From: Chthoniobacteraceae bacterium | Lineage (GTDB): Bacteria > Verrucomicrobiota > Verrucomicrobiia > Chthoniobacterales > Chthoniobacteraceae | Reading direction: 5' to 3' | DNA: 64,000 nt | NCBI GenBank assembly: GCA_040081625.1 | Contig: JBEBGD010000020.1 | Location: 1-64,000 of the forward strand | Part shown: one piece after another, positions 55,801 through 63,600 of the stretch | Numbering within the stretch: the first letter of the stretch is position 1 | Layout of the letters: each line of letters starts with the position of its first letter | Notes under the pieces: generated by a model | Database searches by the model: none | What the model saw: only the letters and a program-made list of their open reading frames with translations | Told to the model about the DNA's origin: nothing | Translations under genes and position numbers: made by a program

Positions 55801-58026
55801 AGGCGCGTCCGAGACGTTTTGATAGGTGATGTTGCGCGCGAGCGCCTGCGCCGCGGCGGGCGTGGCGCTGGCGGAGTTGAACGTGACGACGAGCGGGCTG
55901 GCTCCGCTCGTTCCGCCCGTGAAGGTGCCGATCGTCACGCCGCCGAAGTTCACGTTCGCGCCGCTCACACCGATCTGTCCCGCGCCAGCGCCTTCGTTGC
56001 GGATGGCGAGTCGGTCTTCCGCGGTGCCGTTGGCGGTGAAGTCCACCGTCAGCGTGCCCGTGTTGAAGTCGGTGCTGTCCGCGTCGGAGACTGTTGCGGT
56101 CGAGTCGAGGATCGAGGCTGGTGCGTTCTCGGTGAAAGTGATCGACGGCCCCGGCAGGGCGGTCGTGGGCGGGCTATTGGCACCGCCCGACGTGTTGGTG
56201 ACCCCTCCGAGGGCGTCGGCCAGTCCGTTGCCAAAAGTGTTGTCAAATCCCGCGGTGCCTTTGTCGATAGCGCCAGCCATCAAGGCAGCACGAATCTGCG
56301 TCGGAGTGGCCGCTGGATTCTTGTCGAGCATCAGAGCGCAGATGCCCGCAAGGTGTGGTGCCGCGGCCGAAGTCCCGAAGAACGGGCTCGAGAATCCGCC
56401 GGCACCCGTGACCACCGTGCCATCCAGTGCGGTGATGGCCGGCGTCTGCCGCGTCTGCGCACTCGGAAAGGCGATGGTCGAAGGCCCGCGCGAGCTGTAG
56501 CTGGCGATGGTCGCCAGCCCCGGATTGGAGGCATTAATGGTCGCGGCGGAGAGCACTTCAGCGACAGCCGGATGCCCGAAGATGCTATCCGCGGACGTGG
56601 CGTCATCATCCGCCGCCTGCGGGGTGCCAAGACCGTAGATCTCCAACGTCTTCGCCGCTCCGGAAAACTTCGCGACGCCCGCGACGATCTGCACCGAGGT
56701 GGCGCCCGTATTCGTGAACGTGGCGAACTCGAACGGATCGTCGTTGCCATCCTGCGCGTTTTCCCCGGCCTGACCGACAAGCCCACCCAGCGCGCTATCG
56801 AGCAGGTAGAGGTCGTAGTCGTTCGCCGATGCGCCAAAGGCGTCGTCCCATTGCAAGATCACGACGATGGTTTGGCCGGGATTGACGATGAAATTGAGCC
56901 CCTGATCAACCCCGGTCCCGGCCTTGAAATCGTGCAGGAAGTTCCCGCCCACACTCACCCCCGCGCCCGGGTTGGTGAATAGACCTTGATAGTGCGCGAG
57001 CGCATCGTTCCCGGCGGCCGAGCAAAAGACCCGGCCGCTCGTGACCACGGCGTTACGCGCGGCGGTGGCGATCGGTCCATCGGAGAACCACGGCTCGTCG
57101 AAAAAACCGAGATCGTCGCAAATGACCTGGCAGTTCACGGTGTTGGCCATCCAGTTGATGACGGTGACCATCTCCGCCGAAGTGCTCGGGCCACCGAAAT
57201 AGAGTTCGGCTCCCGGCGCGAGGTCGTGGACGATCTCGAGCATGGCTGTGCCTTCATCGCCGCTGCCCGAGATCGTCGGATGGATGGTAATGCCGGACGC
57301 GGGCAGATCCCCGGTGGCAATCGCGGACGAGCGGCTGCTAACACCGTCGGAAATGATGCCGACGCGGATTCCGCTGCCGTTGTAAGGCCCCGGTGCGGCC
57401 AGCGCGCGCACATCATCGGCGTTGAGCAGACTATCGGCTTCGGTGTTCACGCTCCCGGTGCGCCGACGGGCGTAACCGGGCAACTGCACCCGTTCGACAT
57501 ATGGCAACCCGGCCAGAGATTCGACCCGGTCGAAGGCCACCCAACCCTGGACCGCACGCATCGCGTCAACAGCCAACTCCGCGCGCAACCCCGCCCCGCG
57601 CAGCTCCTCGACGCGCGTAGGGGTGATCAATTCGACAATGACGTAAACTTGAATTTCGCCGATGGCGCTGACCTTGGCCAGACTTGGCTGGCTCAAGTCG
57701 TCGAGCGCCAGTCCTGTCCTCGTTCCCACCGGAAGCCCGCGCGTGGCGGCGCGGCGGACAGCTTCAGCGGAGACCCGCCGGCGCGTGGCATCCAGCCGGG
57801 CCTCGACCTTTCCCGCCGCGGGCGAAACCGCGGGAGTCGCCGCGACCTTCTTCGGCGAAGACAACTCACGTCGGCCAGGCGCCGCTGGCGCCTCCTCAAT
57901 CTGCGCGCGAGCTGTCGGTGCTGCGCAAAACTGCCCGAGCAGCAACGCAGCAAGGGCGGGGCGAAGCAGACCGAGCAATCGTGAGGACGCCATTCGGCTC
58001 GTCGGTGAGGAATCTGGGCTATTCAT
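46834..58026 (-). CDS. Giant secreted protein (3730 aa): S8/S53-like subtilase, many cadherin/Ig-like repeats, beta-helix-like region, PKD-like domains, Lys-rich C-terminal domain
   Basis: Signal peptide ending 'PTARA'; 'GIISDG', 'GDEGTAMLEIVHDLAPGA', 'SAAGN' and 'FFGTSAAAPH'; repeated 'VTAVNDxP'. Confidence 0.88.
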   Translation of the reverse strand: MNSPDSSPTSRMASSRLLGLLRPALAALLLGQFCAAPTARAQIEEAPAAPGRRELSSPKKVAATPAVSPAAGKVEARLDATRRRVSAEAVRRAATRGLPVGTRTGLALDDLSQPSLAKVSAIGEIQVYVIVELITPTRVEELRGAGLRAELAVDAMRAVQGWVAFDRVESLAGLPYVERVQLPGYARRRTGSVNTEADSLLNADDVRALAAPGPYNGSGIRVGIISDGVSSRSSAIATGDLPASGITIHPTISGSGDEGTAMLEIVHDLAPGAELYFGGPSTSAEMVTVINWMANTVNCQVICDDLGFFDEPWFSDGPIATAARNAVVTSGRVFCSAAGNDALAHYQGLFTNPGAGVSVGGNFLHDFKAGTGVDQGLNFIVNPGQTIVVILQWDDAFGASANDYDLYLLDSALGGLVGQAGENAQDGNDDPFEFATFTNTGATSVQIVAGVAKFSGAAKTLEIYGLGTPQAADDDATSADSIFGHPAVAEVLSAATINASNPGLATIASYSSRGPSTIAFPSAQTRQTPAITALDGTVVTGAGGFSSPFFGTSAAAPHLAGICALMLDKNPAATPTQIRAALMAGAIDKGTAGFDNTFGNGLADALGGVTNTSGGANSPPTTALPGPSITFTENAPASILDSTATVSDADSTDFNTGTLTVDFTANGTAEDRLAIRNEGAGAGQIGVSGANVNFGGVTIGTFTGGTSGASPLVVTFNSASATPAAAQALARNITYQNVSDAPSTLARTVRFAVTDGDGGTSAAATKTVNVTAVNDVPTLAAISNPAAILEDAVAQTVNLSGIAAGGGETQVLTVTATSDNTALIPNPTVTYTSPNATGSLSYTPVANASGSAVISVTVMDNGGTANGGINLLTRTFMVNVTAVNDAPTLAAISDPAAILEDAVAQTVNLSGIGAGGGETQVLTVTATSNNTALIPNPTVTYTSPNAMGSLSYTPVANANGSAVITVTVMDSGGTANGGVDLLTRTFTVNVTAVNDPPEATNLSAAENYTEDAVRNLTDIVMSDIDSASVTATLTLSNAAAGILSTGTSGAVTSTFSAGEWSASGAIADVNTLLAGVTFDPAADFNANFSIATSVSDGVAAAITGNKAMTGTAVNDTPSFTKGPDNLHPAGTNTVQSFPGWATAISAGPADEAGQTLTFNVSVTGGASLFTTAPAIASNGTLTYRPNGTAGAATMSVTLSDNGGGANTSAAQTFSVTVQAAADYTVATTGGAIVVTDVAGNGDTLALSQPVAGSIQFAAAGRTFSVNGGLSISGNSGSLPLAGVNSITVNAAAGEDTINIGSFTVSPPGFTINGGTGNDTVNFNGDITFATNANLDVDLQNDDAVPGTDAVAWAANANVLLSGTGAATVKCSQGVTLNSSASLEVVNGPLVVEANQQAIRTTGNFHGVYLNSGMIRSNGTGQVTVKGKGGDDNVSGVRVQATGGLGGIRAGTTGTLVVEGRGANTGGAGFGLRGVHVSGTSNGITSTGANVQVTGIGGSGTGFSGVSNCDGVLVDAAVISAGGTGNVTVNGTTGGLGGQDRGVYVASTGAAIRSNNGNVSIFGQGGANGSSNFGVRVDISSSVSAGGTGSLTLEGVNGGTAGNPSDGILLGSGGSPATISANFPGTITLISDSLSVGSVTNISAVSSQVIIRQRTNGTAIDLGSAGGPFTGTLQLSDAELDRITCGTLRIGDANSGAITQSAAISRPANTAIALTSSAAIVLNTGPLDSLGGNVTLDPGGATNTFSPTASGTDIAMSSTGTVSFGSGDRLAIAISAATVDTGYRQLKVTGNVDLTGVTLSLSGSFTPSAGNRFTVVDNDGSDPITGTFTGLAQGAIINFNGVPLELSYTGGTGNDVTLSDFRPGVAVNNATVGGNEGGVVSNTGTFVDWQGNGTVTLSASIGALVQNNGAGTWSWSFAGADGPAGPTTVTITATDTNSLTSNTSFTVTVNNVAPIIALTGAGSTDEGSSYALDLGAITDPGMDTVTAYSINWGDGTTDNFTGNPTGTSKLHTYADGAANFTITVSLTDEDGTFGSTKPVSVANVAPSAIAQTGAGAVHTMEDAPASTITMAASDPAGALDAYSVAIVAGSLNPPSAGTLGGVVRNDVTFTPAANFFGTATFQFDATDDDDATGPPATIEIVVAPVNDPPIASADTLTAVDEDSGLRTISFGALTDNDSAGPGEAGQARTVIAVGSAVGGSVAINGSEIRFTPAANFNGIASFSYTMQDNGQTGNPPMDDFKSASATASFTINPVNDVPVFTSGGNQVVIEDAGAQSVADWAAAISAGPADESGQAVSFIVSNDNNALFAVQPVVAANGTLTYTAAANANGSAIVSVQIHDDGGTANSGVDTSAAQTFTISVTAVNDAPTLTSVTDPAAILEDAAVQIVNLAGISAGGGETQTLSVTASSDNPALIPDPTVDYTSANATGALSYTPVADMSGSAVITVTVQDNGGTADGGVNTIVRTFTVNVTAVNDAPTLTAIANPAAILEDAAVQTINLTGIGAGGGETQALTVTATSDNPAVIPNPSVTYTSASETGSLRYAPVGNANGSAVITVTVQDDGGTTDGGVNTITRTFTVNVTAVNDAPTLAAIAAPAAILEDAGLQTIDLTGIGAGGGETQVLTVTATSDNTALVPNPTVTYTSPNATGSLGYTPVANASGSAVITVTVMDNGGTANGGVDLLTRTFTVNVTAVNDVPTLVAIDDPAAILEDAVAQTVNLSGIAAGGGETQVLTVTATSNNTALVPNPTVTYTSPNAMGSLGYTPVANASGSAVITVTVMDNGGTANGGVDLLTRTFTVNVTAVNDAPTLVAIDDPAAIMEDAVAQTVNVSGIAAGGGETHVLTVTATSNNTALIPDPTVTYTSPNAMGSLSYTPVANANGSAVITVTVMDNGGTANGGVDLLTRTFTVNVTAVNDVPTLAVISNPAAILEDAVAQTVNLTGIAAGGGETQVLTVTATSDNTALIPNPTVTYTSPNATGSLGYTPVANASGSAVITVTVMDNGGTANGGVNLLTRTFTVNVTAVNDVPTLAAIDDPVAIVEDAVAQMVNLSGISAGGGETQTLTVTATSDNAAVIADPTVDYASSAATGSLSYTPVPDANGAATITVTIMDDGGTAGGGVNAITRSFVVNVTPVNDAPSFTKGANVVVFEDAAAQTVAGLATAISPGPADEAGQTVSFTVSNDNAALFSVQPVVAPDGTLTYTPAVDASGTASVSVRAVDTGGTGNGGVDTSAAQTFTIMVTGVNDAPSFVAGPRIDAAQDSGPRSIPAWATAINPGAGESGQSVTFIAAVDKPELFATLPTITPGGTLAFVPAPGGSGIAIMTVRLQDDGGTANGGVDTSPPQMVEIAITSVLEELGSYTGLVQPAAGGTRENARTGSVQVKLTKTGKFSGRLMLAGKRVAMKGVVGHDGVARFGRAETPSLTISRTGLPPLDLALTIEVARGTNTFGGMLKQGGAEFAGLEGDRALYTSKRNPAPPMENVPSDLPRNFTVILPALTAAEQGRNASTYPQGDGFGRLTVSKRGVAKFSGTLADGKKVSAAAPVAKSGRWPFYKALGKTGSVSGFAFFRDVAVVSDVDAMDVLWFKPPNPRARQYPDGWPGGIFFDLVGAEYTAPTRRTPGPVLPGLGAADGDGNAELSLNDGGIAGLAFALSIDANNRPRFLTQPVERPTIALSAKTGLLKGRFIHSVSGRKAKYGGAVLQKQKLGSGFFLGPTESGSVTLVPDDDPGTP
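48632..50942 (-). repeat. Seven tandem 330-bp (110-aa) cadherin-like repeats
   Basis: 330-bp period visible in DNA; unit AVNDxPTL...AILEDA...GGGETQ...GSLxYTPV...TRTFTVNVT; boundaries approximate. Confidence 0.9.
55053..55713 (-). repeat. Two further copies of the same 330-bp repeat
   Basis: Long exact DNA matches to the copies at about 49.0-50.2 kb. Confidence 0.9.
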
Positions 58027-58174
58027 AGTGGATTTGGCGCCGAGCGCTCAACCGTCCGAGCGCCAGATCGATGGCGCTTAAGGTGATCGGGCGATGAGCA
58101 GCATGTAAAGCCCCGACTCCCCAGTCGCGAACATTGGGGCTTAACCGAACCGCGGCGCGTCCACGCTTCCCACC

Positions 58175-59254
58175 CTAACTGCCCAGCCGATACCAGTTAT
58201 CCCGCCGCCTCGGCTCGTAGCCGGCTTCGCAGATGAGGCGCTCGATGTCTTCCTTTTGCAGTCGGAAGGAGGTCCCCGCGCTGCTCACCACGTTCTCCTC
58301 CATCATCACGCTGCCGAAGTCGTTCGCGCCATAGTTAAGCGCGACCTGGCCGATGCGCGGGCCTTGCGTGACCCATGAGCTTTGCACGTTCGCGAAGTTG
58401 TCGAGGAAGATGCGGCTGAGCGCTTGCATCCGCAGGTATTCGCTGCTGCCGACGGGCTCGGCGCGCAGCTTGGTGTGCTCGGGCTGGAAGGTCCAGCAGA
58501 TGAACGCGGTGAAGCCGCCGGTCTCGTCCTGCAACGCGCGCAGCCGATCGAGATGCTCGATGCGATCCTCGATCGTCTCGACGTGGCCGAACATCATCGT
58601 CGCGCTCGAACGCAGGCCAAGTGCGTGCGCGTCGCGCATCACGCCGAGCCATTGGTCGCTCTTGCACTTGAGCGGGGCGATCCGGTCGCGCACGGCATCG
58701 ACGAGGATCTCGCCGCCGCCGCCGGGGACGCTGCCGAGGCCCGCTTCCATGAACTTCTTCAAGACCTCGCGCACCGGCATCCCGAAGACTTCCGCGAAGT
58801 GACAGAACTCCGGCGGGGAGAAGCCGTGGATATTGATATGCGGATACCTCGCGCGGATGTGCGCGAGCATCGTGAGATACCAGTCTAGGTCGAGCTTCGG
58901 GTGATGTCCGCCTTGCAGCAGGATCTGGATGCCGCCGATGGCGGTGAGTTCGTCGAGCTTCGCGTCGAGTTGGTCGAGCGTGAGCACGTAGTGGTCGTCG
59001 TCCTTTTCCGTGCGGTAGAACGCGCAGAACTTGCAATAGACGTTGCAGACGTTGGTGTAGTTGATGTTGCGGTCGATGATGTAGGTCACGATCCGCTCGC
59101 GGTCGGGCGTGGCGAGATTGCGGCGGTGATCGGCGAGCGCGCCGAGTTCATTCAGCGGCAGCGCGTAGAGCGCGCGGGCGTCGTCCGGCGAGATGCGCCC
59201 GCCGGCGAGGACGTGGTCGATGAGCGCTTCGTCGAGATCGGTGGCAACGGACAT
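58175..59254 (-). CDS. mqnC: Cyclic dehypoxanthinyl futalosine synthase (radical SAM)
   Basis: 'DRNINYTNVCNVYCKFCAF', 'LLQGGHHP', 'SATMMFGH', 'SSWVTQG' and 'MMEENVVSSAG'. Confidence 0.88.
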   Translation of the reverse strand: MSVATDLDEALIDHVLAGGRISPDDARALYALPLNELGALADHRRNLATPDRERIVTYIIDRNINYTNVCNVYCKFCAFYRTEKDDDHYVLTLDQLDAKLDELTAIGGIQILLQGGHHPKLDLDWYLTMLAHIRARYPHINIHGFSPPEFCHFAEVFGMPVREVLKKFMEAGLGSVPGGGGEILVDAVRDRIAPLKCKSDQWLGVMRDAHALGLRSSATMMFGHVETIEDRIEHLDRLRALQDETGGFTAFICWTFQPEHTKLRAEPVGSSEYLRMQALSRIFLDNFANVQSSWVTQGPRIGQVALNYGANDFGSVMMEENVVSSAGTSFRLQKEDIERLICEAGYEPRRRDNWYRLGS

Positions 59255-59343
59255 GGTGAACGGCAGGGAAGGGAGAAAGGCGGGCGCGTCAAGAACGGCT
59301 GCTCCTTGCCAAGCCCTCCCGACGCGGCTACTCCGCGCGCTCC

Positions 59344-60528
59344 ATGTTTTTCCTCACGCCGCGCTATATCAAGATCGGGCGCCAATTCGTCAAGGACGCG
59401 AAGAAGCTGCTCGCCTACAAGCGCGACCTCGTGACCCCGGAAGTCATCGCCGAGGTGGAGACCGAGATCGCCGCGCTCGCGACGGCGGTGAAGAAGCGCG
59501 ACCGCGCCGGGGTGGAGAAGCAGGCGGGGGTGCTCGACAACGTGTGCGGCAAGCTCACCCAGCCTCACGCGGACGCGTGGTGGCGCGAGAATGTGGAGGT
59601 TTTCCTCGTGGCGATCGTCGTCGCGCTCGGCGTGCGCACGTATTTCCTCCAGCCGTTCACGATCCCGACCAGCTCGATGTTCCCGACGCTCAACGGCATC
59701 ATCTTCCACAAGCGGACCGACCCGCCGCCGAACATCCTCGTGCGCATCCCGCAGATCGCCATCTTTGGGCGCGAGTATGTGGATATCATCGCCCGCGAGG
59801 GCGAACGCGTGGCCGCGGTCGAGCAGGCCAAGTCGCCGCTGCCCTTCATTCCGCGGGTGCCGGGGATCAAGGGCGGCATCTTCGACCGCACGAAGGTCAC
59901 GCTCGAATCGCCCGACGGATCGCAGCGCGCTTTCTACATCAAGCAGGCGCCCGAGACGGTGCGCAGCCAGCTCCCGGAGGTGTATGGCAATCACTCGAGG
60001 CGATACGCCGCCGGCCAGTCGATCGCGCGCGGTTACTTCAACGCCGGCGATCACGTCTTCGTGGACAAGATGAGCTACCACTTCCGGCGCCCGCGCCGCG
60101 GCGAGACGTTTGTCTTCAGCACCGCGGACATCCCGCTCATCAGGTCCAACACTCCGGGCAACACCTCGCAGTATTACATCAAGCGCGTCGGCGGCGTGCC
60201 GGGCGACACGCTGCAGATCCGGCCGCCGGAGCTTTTCATCGATGGAAAGCGCGCCGACGATCCCGCGATCGCGCGGGTGATGAGCGGCACGCGCGAACAG
60301 CCGCACGACGACTACCGCGGCTACGGCAACGGCCCGTTTGGCTGGAGCCATCTGCTCACGCCCGAGGACACCTTCACGCTCCCGCCGCGCGAATACTTCG
60401 CGCTCGGCGACAACAGCTACAGCTCGTGGGACAGCCGCGGCTGGGGCACCGTGCCGGAGCGGGCGCTGATGGGCCGCGCGCTCATCATCTACTGGCCGTT
60501 CTGGCCGCACTTCGGGCTGGCGAAGTAG
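59344..60528 (+). CDS. lepB: Signal peptidase I (long form)
   Basis: 'FTIPTSSMFPTL' (catalytic Ser), 'YYIKRVGG' (Lys) and 'GDNSYSSWDSR'. Confidence 0.93.
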   Translation: MFFLTPRYIKIGRQFVKDAKKLLAYKRDLVTPEVIAEVETEIAALATAVKKRDRAGVEKQAGVLDNVCGKLTQPHADAWWRENVEVFLVAIVVALGVRTYFLQPFTIPTSSMFPTLNGIIFHKRTDPPPNILVRIPQIAIFGREYVDIIAREGERVAAVEQAKSPLPFIPRVPGIKGGIFDRTKVTLESPDGSQRAFYIKQAPETVRSQLPEVYGNHSRRYAAGQSIARGYFNAGDHVFVDKMSYHFRRPRRGETFVFSTADIPLIRSNTPGNTSQYYIKRVGGVPGDTLQIRPPELFIDGKRADDPAIARVMSGTREQPHDDYRGYGNGPFGWSHLLTPEDTFTLPPREYFALGDNSYSSWDSRGWGTVPERALMGRALIIYWPFWPHFGLAK

Positions 60529-60683
60529 GGCGGCTGGCGCCGCTCGGCGCATGAACATCCGCGCGCCTGGTGAAACCAATCGTCGTCGGTGGCGAGTGAG
60601 AATCGTGAAACCGCAACTCATCCCGTCGCCATGAATCCACTCCGCACCCTCACAATCCTCACCGCAGCGCTCGTCGGCCGATT

Positions 60684-63600
60684 CTACGGCGGAGGCTCTT
60701 TGCGAAGCGATGGCGGTTCCCAAATGTAGCCGCCATCTCCTTTCGCGGCGCAGCCGAGGCGCTGGCCGCTGGGGCTGAATGCGAGCGTATCCGGCGTGGC
60801 AAGCGGGCCGCGCAACTCCTCCAGCCGCCGGCCGGTCTCGATGTTCCAAAGCCGGATGCTCAAGTCAGCCGAGGCCGTCGCGACGATGGGCTCGGTGGGA
60901 TGCCACGCCAGGGCGGTGATGCCGGCATCGTGCGCGCGGAACTCCCGCTCCACGGCCAGCGTCGCGGCGTTGCGGATGCGCACGCAGCGGTCCGCGCCGG
61001 CCTCGGCGAAGCGCCGGCCATCGGGCGCGATGGCGAGCGCGTCCATGGCGGTGTGGTGCGTGACCGTGCGCGCGATCCGGCCCGTGGCCGCGTCCCAGAC
61101 GACGAGCTTTTCCTCGGAGCCGCTCTCGCCGCGCGCGGCGCCGGCGGTCACCAATCCCAGGAACTGCTGCCCGTCGAGCCAGCCGAGATCGTTGAATGCC
61201 TGCACGCCCGTCCGGTCCACTTTCGCGACGTCGACACCGGTGGCGGTGTCGTAAATTCTGAGGCCGCCGGATGCTTCGGCAGAAAGAAGGCGGCTGCCGT
61301 CCGGGCTGAGGCGCAGTTTTCGCAAGCTGTAGCTCAGCTGAATGGTCGCGACCTGCTCGACCGCGGAGCCGGAGAAACGGAGGAGCAGGATGGGACGTTT
61401 GGCCATCGGGACGCCGATGGCGGCCAGCCGGAGGTCCTTGCTCACACTGAACTCGTGGTAGGCCCCCTCGGGCGATCTCCAAAGCACCGCGGGGCTGCTC
61501 GCTTGCAGATTCAGCACAGCACTTTCGACGGCGTTGTGGCGCGCAAAGATCACGTCGTCGGAGGTCCAGAAAACCAGCGCGGAATTTCCGCGCGCCGATT
61601 TCCACTTCGGCGGCGTGCCCACGAGGTCCCACGCGCGGGCATTCGGACCGGCGACGAGCAATTCCCCGGAGAGCGGATGCACCGCCGCGTCGTCGATCGG
61701 ACCGCTGCCGCCGAAGAGAGTCTGCGCGGGCTCGCCAGTCTCCGCATCGCAAAGCAGCAACGCCTGCCGGCCATCGGTCAGCGTCGTCATGTGGAGAAAA
61801 CGCGTGCCGTCGGCCGTGAAGGCGAGCCGCGAGCCGCGGCGATCGGGCAGTTTGTTTTCAAACAGCACGGCGCCGTCCGCCATCCTGATGCCCTGCACGG
61901 CGCCGCCACGCAGCGCGAGCACCACCATGCGGCCCACCGGATGCACGGCGAAGGAAAAGACGCTCTCCTTGCTCAACGGCCGCACGAGCGAGCCGTCGCT
62001 GGCCTTGATCAACCGGAGCTTGTCCCGGAAGTCGAAGGTCAGCACGGATTGCCCGTCGGGCATCCACCGGCCCATCTTCCAATCGCCGGCCACTTCCAGC
62101 CGCCAACGGAGCTGGCCGGTGTCCGCATCCCACATGCCGAGGCCCGGCTGGTTCTGCGCGCCCTGGAGCAGCGATTTACCGTCGGGGCTGAACTCCAGCC
62201 GCGAGGTCGGTGGCGCCGCCCACGTCGCGAGCACCTCGCCATCGCGCGCGCCGTGGATGACGATGCCACCGTCGCGGCCCCATTGCCCGATGGCGATGCG
62301 CTCGCCGTCCGGCGAAAAAGCCAGCCGCAGCGTGGGGTCGATTTTTTTAAACCCTGGCGCGAACTCGAGCAGCCGCGCGCCGGTGCGCATATCGAGCAGG
62401 GTGATTTTGCCCGCCCGGTCCGCGACCGCGAAGACGCCGGCTTGCGTCGGGTGCGCCGCGACGCCGCCGATGTCGGTCGTGCTCGTGCGGATGCGGGCGA
62501 GCGAAGTGTCCGACTGCGCGAGCAGGTAATGCCACGTCGAGTCGCGCAAATTCTCGGGCACTTCGCCGAGCGCGGCCTGCATGCCCGGGCCATTGCCCTC
62601 GCGCTGCGCCGCCTCGGCGAGGGCGAGATTCGCCCGGGCGGAAGAGCGGCGCGCCGCTTCCTTTTCCTGCACCGCGACCGCTTCGCCGGCGACCGCCCGT
62701 TTCTCCTTCGCGCGCAGATTCACGACGAACCAAACCGCCAGCACCGTGATGAGCAGCCACGCCGCCGCCGCGGTGGCGAAGATGCCGCGATGCCGCCGGA
62801 TGAGCAGCGCGACTTGCTTCACCAGCCCCGCGTGCTCGGCACTGGTGGCAAAGCCGTTTTGGAAAGCGGTGATGTCGGCCTGCAAGTCGGCGACCGACGC
62901 GTAGCGGTGCGTTTTCTCCAGCGCCATCGCCTCGCGCACGACAGCGGCGAGCGAGTCGGGGATCGCACGCGCAGCTTTCGGAAGTGGATCAATCTCCCCG
63001 CGCGCGACGCGCTCGACGATCGCATACGCATCTTCGCCCGTGACCGACGGCCGCAGCGCGAGGACGTGGTAAAGGATCGCGCCGAGCGCGTAGATGTCCG
63101 CACGTTCGTCGAGTTGCTCGACTTCCCCGCGCGCCTGCTCCGGCGCCATGTATTGCGGCGTGCCCATGATCGAGCCCGTCATCGTCGCCGTCCCGAAATC
63201 GGAGAGCGGCGAGCGGATGCCGGAGAGATCGGATGCGGCGTCGCTTTCCGCTTTCCGCTTTCCGCTCTCCGGTTTCAAAACTTTTGCCAGCCCCCAGTCC
63301 ATCACCAGCACCTCGCCGAAGTCCCCGAGCATGATGTTCTCCGGCTTGAGATCGCGATGGATCACGCCCTTCGAGTGCGCGAACGCCACCGCGTCGCAGA
63401 CCTTTTGAAAAATGGTTAGCAGCGTCGCGAGCGGATATTTCTCGAGCGTCGGCGCTTCGCCGCCCGCCAGCAGCTCAAGCACCTTCCGCAGCGTGATCCC
63501 GCGCACGAACTTCATCGTGTAAAAGACCTGCCCGTTCTCATCCACACCCAGTTCATGCACCGGCACGATGTTCGGATGCTCGAGCTGCCCGGTCACCTTC

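Noticed and set aside
25606..58026. Accessory block as an integrative or mobile element
   Set aside because: No integrase, transposase, tRNA target or flanking direct repeats were seen.
58105..58142. GTAAAGCC resembling the ECF -10 block, and an AAGCCCC/GGGGCTT hairpin as a terminator
   Set aside because: Wrong strand for the giant gene and no GTAAC at the right spacing; the hairpin has a long loop and a weak U-tract.
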